64,000 nucleotides of DNA from Candidatus Poribacteria bacterium (GTDB taxonomy: Bacteria > Poribacteria > WGA-4E > WGA-3G): NCBI GenBank assembly GCA_965198235.1, contig OZ240248.1, positions 4,896,001 through 4,960,000 of the forward strand, read 5' to 3'. Of this stretch, positions 19,292-28,514 are shown piece after piece. How positions within the stretch are numbered: position 1 is the first letter of the stretch; every line of letters starts with the position of its first letter. Position numbers and translations under genes: made by a program. The notes beneath the pieces were generated by a model. It was not told the DNA's origin. It did no database searches and saw only the letters and a list, made by a program, of their open reading frames with translations.

Positions 19292-21328
19292 GGGCGGGAT
19301 GATGAAATCCGCCGTGTGATGCAAGTACTTTCCCGCAGACGCAAAAATAACCCTGTCCTCATCGGTGAACCGGGGGTCGGGAAAACGGCGATTGTAGAGG
19401 GGTTAGCACAACGTATCGCTGATGGTGATGTCCCAGAAAGCCTCCGCGATAAACGACTCATCGCCCTCGATTTAGGGGCACTCATCGCAGGTAGTAAGTA
19501 TCGCGGTGAATTTGAAGACAGACTGAAAGCCGTCCTTGCCGATGTGGAACAGGCAGAGGGGCAGGTGGTGCTCTTTATTGATGAACTCCATACCATCGTC
19601 GGTGCGGGTGCAGCGGAAGGTGCCGTGGACGCTTCAAACATGCTCAAACCTGCATTGGCACGGGGTGAACTCCGATGTATAGGCGCGACCACACTCGACG
19701 AGTACCGTAAACACATTGAGAAGGATGCCGCCTTGGAACGCAGATTCCAGCCCGTGCAGGTTGAAGAACCGTCGGTCGAGGACACGATTGCCATTCTTCG
19801 GGGCTTGAAGGAACGCTATGAGACACATCACGGCGTACAAATTCAAGACAGTGCCATTGTCGCTGCTGCTACCCTCTCGAAGCGTTATATCTCCAAACGG
19901 TTCCTACCGGATAAAGCCGTGGATTTGGTGGATGAAGCCGCGTCGCGTCTGCGAATTGAGATCGACAGCGTGCCAGAGGAAATTGACGAGGTGGAACGCC
20001 GGATCATCCAACTCCAAATAGAGCAACAAGCATTGGAGAAAGAGGAAGACGGTGCTTCCCAACAACGTCTTGAAAAACTGAAGGCTGAGCTTGCCGAACT
20101 CAAAGAGAGAGCGGATATCCTCAAAGCGGCGTGGCAGAACGAAAAAGCGAATTTGACGCAGATTGGCGAGTTGATGGAACAGATTGAAGCACTCCGTATT
20201 GAGTCGGAGCAAGCCAAACGGGCAGGTAACCTCGGCAGAGCCTCAGAAATTGAGTACGGCAAGATACCGGAATTGGAATCACGGCTCAAAACTGTCCGAG
20301 AAGTTTTGGAAACAGACACACAGGGCACGCAGATGTTGAAGGAACGCGTGAGTGCGGAAGACATCGCTGAAATTGTAGCGAAGTGGACTGGTATCCCTGT
20401 TTCCCGACTCATGGAAGGCGAGACCCAGAAACTCCTCAGCATGGAAGAACGTTTGCGCGAACAAGTGATCGGACAAGATGAGGCTGTTAGTGCTGTCTCT
20501 AACGCGATACGACGCGCTCGCGTCGGTCTCGGCGATCCTGATCGACCCCTCGGTTCTTTCCTTTTCATGGGACCGACCGGAGTCGGTAAAACGCATCTCG
20601 CCAAATCGCTCGCCGAATTCCTGTTTGACGATGCGAATGCCATGGCGCGTATTGATATGAGCGAGTACATGGAGAAACACACCGTCTCTCGATTGATCGG
20701 CGCACCACCGGGATACGTCGGCTACGATGAAGGCGGACAACTGACCGAAGCGGTCCGACAACATCCTTATTGTGTCATCTTGCTTGACGAAGTCGAGAAA
20801 GCGCATCCGGAGGTATTCAATGTCTTGCTCCAGATGCTTGATGATGGCAGAATGACGGACGGACAAGGACGCACCGTCGATTTCAAGAACACAGTTGTCA
20901 TTATGACATCTAATATTGGGAGTCAGTGGATTAGCGATGCGCTTTTGGATGCAAAAGAGATCCGTCGGAAAGTGATGGAAGCGGTACAGACACATTTCCC
21001 ACCCGAATTCCTGAATCGTATTGACGATCTGATTATCTTTGACCGACTCGGTGTTGCGGAATTAAAACGGATTGTCGCGCTTGAACTTACGCAGCTAAGT
21101 CACCGCTTCGCGGAGAAGGAGATGGCACTGACGCTTTCTGAATCTGCGAAAGAGGCGTTAGTGAAACGCGGTTTTGATGCGGTGTATGGTGCGCGACCGC
21201 TCCGGCGAACACTCCAGCGGGATATCCTCAATCCGTTGGCAATTCGGATGCTGGAGGGCACTTTCCACGATGGCGATGCAATCGCTGTTGACTTTAAAGA
21301 TGGGGAGTTCGTCTTCCGAAAGGCGTAA
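19292..21328 (+). pseudogene. clpB: 5'-truncated ATP-dependent chaperone ClpB (lacks Clp N-domain and start of NBD1)
   Basis: [15 protein letters not shown], coiled-coil M-domain, GPTGVGKT and [12 protein letters not shown]; similarity starts abruptly at GRDDEIRR (19292); in-frame TAA at 19175 with no start codon between it and the GTG at 19316. Confidence 0.8.
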
Positions 21329-21483
21329 TTTAATGGCTGTAGGGCAAGATTTCCGTGCCTCACCTCTGTCTTATTCCATTCTGTGGGCGAGGTTTCCCAA
21401 CCTCGCCCGCGAGCGTTTGACAAAATATTTACATACCCGGAGTATCTTCTTGACGCGAAAATAGCCAATAGGAGGAACTGATA

Positions 21484-21747
21484 ATGCTTAAACACATCAT
21501 AGATCCCGAAGTTGAAGAATACGATGATGTCTACGATGATCATGAATACCTCGCAGCCCAAGAGATGCAGCAGCAGGAGGGCATGCTCTTGAAACAGGGC
21601 AATGAATTCAAAGTCTCTGTCTGGCTAACACCTGAAGATGCTGAGGTTGTGATAACACTTGCTGAGGAACGCGGCATCCCAGCGGGTAAACTTATTGAGG
21701 AATGGATTCTTGAGCGTATTGATGAAGCGTTAGACATGGAAACCTAA
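21484..21747 (+). CDS. Small hypothetical protein with a CopG/RHH antitoxin-like C-terminus
   Basis: AGGAGG RBS; VSVWL.......V..LAEERGIP...LIEEWILERI resembles CopG-type antitoxins. Confidence 0.55.
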   Translation: MLKHIIDPEVEEYDDVYDDHEYLAAQEMQQQEGMLLKQGNEFKVSVWLTPEDAEVVITLAEERGIPAGKLIEEWILERIDEALDMET

Positions 21748-21772
21748 CCTTTTACAGAGGGAGGAATCAACA

Positions 21773-22024
21773 ATGAAACACTCAAATTGGACAGAAGCCG
21801 ACTCACGCAACGCCAAGCGTATCTGGGCAGAATACCAGGAACAGCACGATATTACCGAACGAATTGGACAGACAGCCGGTATTGATCCGAAAAGCGGCCG
21901 GATTTGGTTCGGCGATTCTGCTATAGAGATTGTCGAATGTCGACGCGCCGAAGGATTAACTTCTCCACTTTTCTTTGAACGGGTCGGCTTTAAAACCTAT
22001 TTTCGGAAGGGTGGGCGGAGGTGA
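21773..22024 (+). CDS. Small hypothetical protein (DUF5678-like partner of clan AA aspartic proteases)
   Basis: GGAGG RBS; GQTAGIDPKSGRIWFG...FFERVG; GTGA overlap with the downstream protease remnant. Confidence 0.65.
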   Translation: MKHSNWTEADSRNAKRIWAEYQEQHDITERIGQTAGIDPKSGRIWFGDSAIEIVECRRAEGLTSPLFFERVGFKTYFRKGGRR

Positions 22025-22131
22025 TTCACGGAACAGTATCGACTTCGCGCGTCCCAACAATCACAGTCGCAATCGCTGGGCAAGAATGGACAACGACTAT
22101 TGATACAGGCTTCAATGGGGATATGGAATAG
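22021..22131 (+). pseudogene. Truncated clan AA (retropepsin-like) aspartic protease
   Basis: Manual translation MIHGTVSTSRVPTITVAIAGQEWTTTIDTGFNGDME*; catalytic IDTGFNG motif; cut off by the second 87-bp repeat copy. Confidence 0.75.
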
Positions 22132-22147
22132 CCAATAGGAGGAACCG

Positions 22148-22342
22148 ATGATGCTTAAACACATCATAGATCCCGAAGTTGAAGAATACGAGGATGTCTA
22201 CGATGACGATGAAAAAGCGGCTCAAGAGGGATACCTGCGAGTCGTTGATGAATCTCAGGAAGACTACTTGTATCCTGAATTTTATTTCATTTTTGTTAAA
22301 CTACCTCGCAAAGCACAGGAGACAGTCGTAGCGACAGGCTAA
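22148..22342 (+). CDS. Chimeric small hypothetical protein (repeat-derived N-terminus + LRVVDESxEDYLYP-type C-terminus)
   Basis: First ~21 aa duplicate 21484-21747; the remainder is unrelated to it. Confidence 0.5.
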   Translation: MMLKHIIDPEVEEYEDVYDDDEKAAQEGYLRVVDESQEDYLYPEFYFIFVKLPRKAQETVVATG

Positions 22343-22368
22343 GTATTCGGTAACTCGACAAACTCTCC

Positions 22369-22397
22369 TTGACAATTCACTTCATTCAAGGTATAAT
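22369..22397 (+). promoter_or_regulatory. sigma70 promoter of trpA
   Basis: TTGACA-17 nt-TATAAT, perfect consensus. Confidence 0.8.
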
Positions 22398-22439
22398 TGA
22401 GAAAACATATTAAGAGAAAGCCGGAACTCAATTATATCC

Positions 22440-23240
22440 ATGAATCGAATTGACAAAAAATTTCAAGAACTCCGAGACGAAGGTGCCAAGGCGTTTATGC
22501 CATACCTCTGTGCCGGAGATCCAACCCCCGAACTTACCTCCAAACTCCTCCTTACACTTGAGGAGGCAGGTGCAGACCTCATCGAACTCGGCGTGCCCTT
22601 TTCCGATCCGATTGCAGACGGACCCACCATCCAACGTGCGAGTGAACGCGCACTCACGCATCACATTTCACTCCAACAGATCCTTGAGATGGTCGCGACC
22701 GTCCGCAAACAGACGGACATCCCTATTGCGCTCATGAGTTACTATAACCCGATCTTTCGGATGGGGGAGGACGCATTTTGCAAGGCTGCACAAGACGCAG
22801 GAGTCGACGGTGTCATCGTCCCGGATATGCCACCTGAGCAGGCACAATCGCTCCTTGAAATCGCACCGAACTATAACCTCGCGACTATTTTTCTCGTCGC
22901 GCCGACAAGCCCATCTGAACGGATGCAATTGATTGCGTCCGTCAGCACTGGATTCGTTTATTGTGTTTCAGTAACGGGTGTAACGGGTGCGCGGGCGATG
23001 TTGTCGGACGAAATCGCGCCGATGATTGCAGAACTGCGAAAACACACGGACAAACCGGTTAGCGTCGGTTTCGGTGTGTCAACACCGGATCAGGCAAGTC
23101 AGGTCGCGCAGATCGCTGATGGCGTGATTGTGGGGAGTGCTATCATTAATGTCATTGAGGAGCATATTAATGACGAAGCGAAATTGCTCACTGCGGTGAA
23201 GCAATTTGCGTTAGATTTGGCTGCAGGGGTAAAACTGTAA
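22440..23240 (+). CDS. trpA: Tryptophan synthase alpha subunit
   Basis: IELGVPFSDPIADGPTIQ, GVTG and VGFGVS motifs. Confidence 0.97.
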   Translation: MNRIDKKFQELRDEGAKAFMPYLCAGDPTPELTSKLLLTLEEAGADLIELGVPFSDPIADGPTIQRASERALTHHISLQQILEMVATVRKQTDIPIALMSYYNPIFRMGEDAFCKAAQDAGVDGVIVPDMPPEQAQSLLEIAPNYNLATIFLVAPTSPSERMQLIASVSTGFVYCVSVTGVTGARAMLSDEIAPMIAELRKHTDKPVSVGFGVSTPDQASQVAQIADGVIVGSAIINVIEEHINDEAKLLTAVKQFALDLAAGVKL

Positions 23241-23277
23241 AGAATCTCCCGAATTTAACAGATGGAGGATTCAATAC

Positions 23278-23883
23278 ATGGCTTATAGCAACTTCACCTT
23301 AGAAACAGTAAGAGAAGCATTTCAACTTGAAACACTTCAGTCTGTAGGCATTTTTTCCGAAATAGAGCGAGTTGAACCGAGTGTGGAACTTACCAAAGCG
23401 TTAGCCAAAAAGGTACCCTTAGCCGTCGCGATAGGCACAGAGAAGGCGAAGTCGGAGATGATAGTCGCCGATATACTCGTTGAACTCCGGGAGCACTTTG
23501 AGCATCGCATCAGCCTCTTTTCGGGCATTGATTTCAATGTTGATACCGAAAATGACTTGACGGGTGTGTGCGATTTTTTGGTGAGCCTGTCGCCAGAACA
23601 GTATTATTTAGAGGCACCAGTCATTATTCTTGTTGAAGCGAAAAAGGATGATCTGACAACCGGACTTGGACAGTGCGCGGCAGACATGGTCGCCGCCCAA
23701 CGCTTTAATATCGAGAAAGGGAACGATATACCGTGTGTTTATGGGGCTACCACAACTGGGATAAATTGGCTCTTCCTCAAATTGGAAGGGAAGCGACTTC
23801 ACATTGACATGTCTGCTTACATGCTTGAGCGATGTGACAAAATTCTCGGCATTCTCGCAAGCATGGTATCACAAAAAGTATGA
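23278..23883 (+). CDS. Hypothetical protein, PD-(D/E)XK nuclease-like family
   Basis: MAYSNFTL start; GVCDF, VEAKK, GLGQC, VYGATTTG.NW.FLKL; GGAGG RBS. Confidence 0.8.
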   Translation: MAYSNFTLETVREAFQLETLQSVGIFSEIERVEPSVELTKALAKKVPLAVAIGTEKAKSEMIVADILVELREHFEHRISLFSGIDFNVDTENDLTGVCDFLVSLSPEQYYLEAPVIILVEAKKDDLTTGLGQCAADMVAAQRFNIEKGNDIPCVYGATTTGINWLFLKLEGKRLHIDMSAYMLERCDKILGILASMVSQKV

Positions 23884-23924
23884 ACACACGACTTAGGGAA
23901 AAGACTACTTCTCGTACCCGCGTT

Positions 23925-23960
23925 AATCTGTATAATCCGCGTAATCCGAGATTCAGACAA
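23925..23960 (+). repeat. 9-mer tandem repeat element (AATCCGYGN)n ending GATTCAGAC, second copy at about 39115-39163
   Basis: aatctgtat-aatccgcgt-aatccgagattcagac versus aatccgcga-aatccgtgt-catccgcgac-aattcgcgattcagac. Confidence 0.6.
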
Positions 23961-23964
23961 TTAA

Positions 23965-24879
23965 CTACATACCGCGCTTGATGCCGAATTCCGCCTCAAA
24001 CGCCTCCCAAATATGTTCCGGGATGTCAGCCGTCGCTGCTTCATATCCGTCTTCTACCTGCGCTTTATCCGCGGGACCGAACATCACAACACCGTCTATG
24101 GGGGCAGCGAGACAAAACTGCATCGCCAGATGACGGATGTTGACCTCGCGTTCCTGACACCATTTCCACATCGTGTATGCCTTCGCCTCAATGTCGAAAG
24201 GTGCGTCAGGATTACGTCGGCGTTCGTCTTCAACTTTCGGTTCTGCTCCGGTTAGACTTCCCATGCCTAATGGACTCGCGAGGATAATGCCGACATCGTG
24301 TTGGCGTGCCTGCGGTAAGGTTGTCTCAGACGCAGATTGGGATAGCAGCGTATAATCTAAGAAAGTAAGGATAACGTCGATATGCCCCGTTTCGATGAGT
24401 TCTTTGTGGAATTCATGGGAGCGAACACCAGCACCGATATGTCGAATATAGCCTTCCGCTTTCATCTCTAACAGTGTGTCCAAGGCACGTCCCGGTGCCA
24501 GTACACTCTCCATATCGATTGGATCATGGATGAGCACAGAATCAAGGTAATCCGTGCGGAGGCTTTTGAGGCTGTTTGTGACGCTCCATCGCGTGCCTTC
24601 TGCGGAGAAATCTTTCCGGCGTTCTGGATGGGTGCCTACCTTCGCTTGCAAATAGACCTTTTCTCTCAATCCATCAGAGAGTGCTTCTCCCCAGAGATGT
24701 TCCGCGTGCCCCGGATAGGTGTCGATATAGTTGATACCGAGTTCGATGCCGCGACGGATTGCCCCAATAACTTCGGCATCCTGTTTCTGCCACATCCACG
24801 CCGCGCCGAGAGCGAGCGCGTTCGGTCGCATCTCAGTACGTCCCATCCGTCGAGTTTCTAATTTTGTGGTGGTTTCCAT
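23965..24879 (-). CDS. Aldo/keto reductase
   Basis: RRMGRT, GINYIDTY, SLKSLRTDYLD...IHD; start METTTK at 24879 with an AGGA RBS (the longer ORF start overlaps the upstream gene). Confidence 0.9.
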   Translation of the reverse strand: METTTKLETRRMGRTEMRPNALALGAAWMWQKQDAEVIGAIRRGIELGINYIDTYPGHAEHLWGEALSDGLREKVYLQAKVGTHPERRKDFSAEGTRWSVTNSLKSLRTDYLDSVLIHDPIDMESVLAPGRALDTLLEMKAEGYIRHIGAGVRSHEFHKELIETGHIDVILTFLDYTLLSQSASETTLPQARQHDVGIILASPLGMGSLTGAEPKVEDERRRNPDAPFDIEAKAYTMWKWCQEREVNIRHLAMQFCLAAPIDGVVMFGPADKAQVEDGYEAATADIPEHIWEAFEAEFGIKRGM

Positions 24880-24917
24880 AATTGTCCTATGGGTTACGGC
24901 ACGACGGAGCGTGCCTA

Positions 24918-25517
24918 CTACCTTGCGAGTGCTCGTTTTAACTTGTGTGTGGATTCGGCGAGTGACTCTTGCAGATACGGATACGGGAAACCACCCCACC
25001 GATCAGGCGGCGGCTCGTCCGCTTGCTCAATTTTCAGGTTCACAAAAATGGGTCCAGTTTCATTCCATATCTTCGAGAGTGCTGCATCAAGCGCGTTTGA
25101 ATCGTTAAATTCATAAACCTGCTCAAAACCAACACCTTTCGCAATCGTGGTCCAACTGAAACCTGAGTTGCCGGCAGGCACCGGTTGATTGCCCGTGACT
25201 TCGTAGGTGCCGTTGTCACAGACGAAAAGCAGATAGTTAGGTGGTGGTGTGTTCAGAGCGGTAATCGTCGCCAATGTACCTAAGCACATCAACATGCTGC
25301 CGTCCCCGTTGAGCACAATCACCTTTTTATCGGGTTTGGCGAGCGCGATGCCGAGTGCAAAGTCGGCGGCGTGTCCCATCGCACTTCCGACGGAAGCGTA
25401 ATCCAACGGATGTGTTGATATTTTGCCCCACGGAACGGTAGTTCCCATTGTCGTAACGACAACTTCGTCTGTACGTTGGTTTGCGATAAGTTGTAGACAT
25501 TCTTCCTTGATGAGCAT
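24918..25517 (-). CDS. Thiamine diphosphate-binding protein, sulfopyruvate/phosphonopyruvate decarboxylase beta-subunit-like
   Basis: GSAMGHA, GDGSMLM and DNGTYEVTGNQ TPP-binding motif; single-domain size. Confidence 0.85.
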   Translation of the reverse strand: MLIKEECLQLIANQRTDEVVVTTMGTTVPWGKISTHPLDYASVGSAMGHAADFALGIALAKPDKKVIVLNGDGSMLMCLGTLATITALNTPPPNYLLFVCDNGTYEVTGNQPVPAGNSGFSWTTIAKGVGFEQVYEFNDSNALDAALSKIWNETGPIFVNLKIEQADEPPPDRWGGFPYPYLQESLAESTHKLKRALAR

Positions 25518-25540
25518 AGTTTTCCCCAGTTTGTTTGAGA

Positions 25541-27040
25541 TTATTTTTCTTCTTCTTTCGGCAGGAACTTGATGTGTGGTGGGGTCTTCAACGCAGTCGT
25601 CATGATTTGAATGTGGTGCGCGAATTCCGTCTCGATCTCCATTCCATCAATGCCGCCTCCCCAGATAGCAAACGTCCGATAATTGAGCCTGCCTTCCGCA
25701 TCTGGAACGAGGATAACCGGCAAAAGAGGATTTTCCGATGCATTGCGATCAACAGTTATGTTTGTATCTTGTGCTTCGTGATTGGTGAGTCCAATGAGCG
25801 CAACACCAAGTGTGTCTATATCGCTTGGATCTGTCCCCCAACTCCATATCCACCCCTGCTTTCTGTCCTCTCCATAAGCACCATTCAAGTGTGGGATACC
25901 TGTGACAATGGCGTAATCCGTGGGGAGATTATCATCAATATGGATATGGTGTTCGATCCACGGATTATCTCCATAGATGAACGTAGTTGATGTTAACTGG
26001 CGAGTCTCACCCTGAATGTTCCACTCAGGCACAATCCGTTGGACGATAGAGCGGATGGCACCATCGGCGAGAATTCGGACGTAGTTCCCTTCAGTAGGTA
26101 GTGGAATCATTTCCTGTTTTTCTTTATGCCACACGGCAATTCCACCACAACCTATTAGACCTTCTGAATGGTTTAGCGCAACCATTTGGGGTGTTTCAGA
26201 TTTGAGAAGTGCGTTCAGCGATAAGCCAATCGATTGAACTACGTCCAACTGTCCTTCTGTTGTAGCTTCCTGCTCAAGACCGGTTTCAATATTGTGTGAT
26301 TTTCGGATAAAGTAGATTTCTTGATTCTCGAGGTCGCGGACGATCCACTGTTGCTCAGGTTGCTCTATCTCTACTTGGACCTGTTGGGAGAGGGTAACGC
26401 CGTTGTTCTCAAAATGGTGTCTGAGTTCTGGTGAGAGCGGTCTCCCGTAATCTAATTCGGGCTGAAACATCGTATCTACACTGAACAATTCTGCTCGTTT
26501 CTTACCATAAGCGATGAAGGCACCGTTCGGCTTTAATAAATACGCAATCAGATTTGATTCCATTGCCGCCACGGCGTTGAGTTCAGGAAAAATAGCGGCG
26601 CGCGTCTGTTTATTGATATCCAGTGTTAACGTCGCCTTGACGTTCGGATCATAGAGAATGGAAATCTCTTTTGTCTCTTCCGGCTCTAAATCTAACAGAA
26701 AGCAGAGCTGATCGCGTTCACCGTCATAGTCCAAGTCATCTGCTTGTGCTGGAATCATTACTTCTCGCGGGGCTTTCCCGGTAACAACGGAATAGGCTTT
26801 GAAGGTGAAATCGGGATTCACTTTTCGGAGTTGCGTTCCCGTTAGCACGATAGGCACCTTTTTCCGCTGGATAGGTAATGTATTTTGGATGGAGAGACGG
26901 ATTTTGCTAATTTTCTGATTACCGCCGGGCATCGTACAGGCATTGAGCATCAACAGAGTGCCTAAAATAAGCGACAGGCAGATTGTTAAAGCCGGTGTTA
27001 TTGTATGTGCCTGAGTGTTGTTTTGCTGATGTATGACCAA
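25541..27040 (-). CDS. DUF4861-like lipoprotein
   Basis: Lipobox-like LNAC; IPAQADDLDYDG..DQLCF, ESN.IAY and GCGG motifs. Confidence 0.65.
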   Translation of the reverse strand: MVIHQQNNTQAHTITPALTICLSLILGTLLMLNACTMPGGNQKISKIRLSIQNTLPIQRKKVPIVLTGTQLRKVNPDFTFKAYSVVTGKAPREVMIPAQADDLDYDGERDQLCFLLDLEPEETKEISILYDPNVKATLTLDINKQTRAAIFPELNAVAAMESNLIAYLLKPNGAFIAYGKKRAELFSVDTMFQPELDYGRPLSPELRHHFENNGVTLSQQVQVEIEQPEQQWIVRDLENQEIYFIRKSHNIETGLEQEATTEGQLDVVQSIGLSLNALLKSETPQMVALNHSEGLIGCGGIAVWHKEKQEMIPLPTEGNYVRILADGAIRSIVQRIVPEWNIQGETRQLTSTTFIYGDNPWIEHHIHIDDNLPTDYAIVTGIPHLNGAYGEDRKQGWIWSWGTDPSDIDTLGVALIGLTNHEAQDTNITVDRNASENPLLPVILVPDAEGRLNYRTFAIWGGGIDGMEIETEFAHHIQIMTTALKTPPHIKFLPKEEEK

Positions 27041-27056
27041 TTGTTTTTCCTTTTTT

Positions 27057-27220
27057 TAGTTATCAGTCGCCAGCAGTCAGCCGACAGCCGTGGGCTTCTC
27101 CGCCGATAGCCAATAGTGTCGGGAATCGGAGCGTTTTTGCTTGGGTATTTCTGTGGATTTCCCTGCGGATTTCCCCCTCCTACAGAACAGCCGACAGCTG
27201 ATGGTTTCCGACAGCCAATC
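27057..27220. repeat. Heptamer tandem repeat arms (TCAGYYR / CYGAYAR) flanking a REP-like hairpin with an insert
   Basis: Same 7-mer family at about 19247, 34497-34645, 36874-36917, 46415-46580, 52905-52965, 59777-59822 and 62755-62870. Confidence 0.7.
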
Positions 27221-27231
27221 TGCCATTGAAA

Positions 27232-28383
27232 TTACGGGTCCGGTAAAACTTCAAGCAGACGTTCAACCTCAGAAGCCGTGTTGTAAAAATGAGGGGAGAC
27301 CCTGACGCCGCTTCCACGTTCTGCTGTAATTATATTTTCAGCGTGGAGTTTCTCATAAATTTCAGAAGGCGTGTATTGCTCGCTTTCAAAAATCACAATC
27401 CCCGCTCGATCTGAATCTGTTTTCGGTGTAATGATACGGTAGCCTTTGGCTTCCAATCCTCCTATTAAACGTTTCGTGAGTTCCAAAACGCGCGCCTCGA
27501 TTGTAGGGATGCCGATGTCAAGGAGTAAATCGATCGCTGCCTTGAGTCCATAAAGTCCGACGCTGTTGTAAGAGCCTTCCTCAAAACGGGTTGCGTCCGG
27601 TTTCTGGGTTAAATCGTAATCGAGAAAATCGCGTGGGTTTACGACACTCGACCAACCAATATTAGTATTGATAAGCTGCTCACGTTTTTCGTCGGCACAA
27701 TAGAAAATCGCCGCGCCTTCGGGTGCCAGCAACCATTTATGTCCATCGGCTGCGAGAATATCAATATTACAAGATTTCACATCCACTTCGATCGCTCCGA
27801 GGCTCTGAATAGCGTCAACGATGAACCAAATATTATGTTTTCGACACAGATTTCCGAGTGCCTGAATATCGTTTCGGAAACCGGAGGCGAACTCTACATG
27901 GCTGATTGTCAAGGCACGTGTACGTGCGTCGATCGCGGAAGCAATATCTTCAATATGAATGCATCCGTCTCGCTCCGGCACCATACGCGTTTGAACACCG
28001 TAGCGTTCTTTCAAACTCCACCACGGATAGATATTGGCAGGAAATTCAACCGCTGTTGTGACGACATTGTCTCCTTCTCGCCAATTGATACCATTGGCTG
28101 CGATAAGAATACCTTGTGTCGTATTCTTCATGAATGCGATTTCTGTGGTATCAGCATTGATGAGTTGTGCTGCCGCTGCACGAGATACCTCAGCGGTTTC
28201 CGCCCATTGCTCGGCATTCACGGCACCGTTCACAGTCGCATCCTCTATAAAGCCTGTCATCGCGTCCTGTACTCGACGCGATAACGGGGCGACCCCTGCA
28301 TGGTTCATATAGATGTAAGTTTCAGTTACCGGAAATTCACTGCGCCAATCTTGGGAAAGTTTACAATCAGAAGCACTATTCAC
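27232..28383 (-). CDS. Aminotransferase class V (cysteine desulfurase/isopenicillin N epimerase-like)
   Basis: YMNHAGVAP, VDAIQSLG, DGHKWLLAPEG, RVSPHFYN. Confidence 0.92.
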   Translation of the reverse strand: MNSASDCKLSQDWRSEFPVTETYIYMNHAGVAPLSRRVQDAMTGFIEDATVNGAVNAEQWAETAEVSRAAAAQLINADTTEIAFMKNTTQGILIAANGINWREGDNVVTTAVEFPANIYPWWSLKERYGVQTRMVPERDGCIHIEDIASAIDARTRALTISHVEFASGFRNDIQALGNLCRKHNIWFIVDAIQSLGAIEVDVKSCNIDILAADGHKWLLAPEGAAIFYCADEKREQLINTNIGWSSVVNPRDFLDYDLTQKPDATRFEEGSYNSVGLYGLKAAIDLLLDIGIPTIEARVLELTKRLIGGLEAKGYRIITPKTDSDRAGIVIFESEQYTPSEIYEKLHAENIITAERGSGVRVSPHFYNTASEVERLLEVLPDP

Positions 28384-28414
28384 TACATATTACCTTTTCC
28401 CGACTTCCACTCGT

Positions 28415-28514
28415 AAAAAGAACCCAGCAGCCTGAAACGAAGTGGAAGGCGAATCTACGGAGAAGAACGTCAATACCCAAACCTACCTGACCGAACCGCA
28501 AGGAATAATTAAAA
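28415..28514 (+). repeat. MITE-like element ending GAACCGCAAGGAANATTAAAA (second copy about 46605-46695)
   Basis: Shared hairpin-ATCTACG...CCTGA.CGAACCGCAAGGAA..ATTAAAA organisation at both sites. Confidence 0.6.

Larger units (their letters stand above)
21460..22213 (+). repeat. 87-bp direct repeat (21460-21546 and 22127-22213) carrying an RBS and the first ~21 codons
   Basis: AATAGCCAATAGGAGGAAC..ATGCTTAAACACATCATAGATCCCGAAGTTGAAGAATACGA..GATGTCTACGATGA; 5 mismatches by manual comparison. Confidence 0.9.

Noticed and set aside
19230-19292. Possible intron or trans-splicing explanation for the clpB truncation
   Set aside because: No group II domain V/VI or group I core recognisable, and no upstream exon in the window
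19885-20995. Long antisense ORFs within clpB
   Set aside because: Common antisense shadows of conserved chaperone genes
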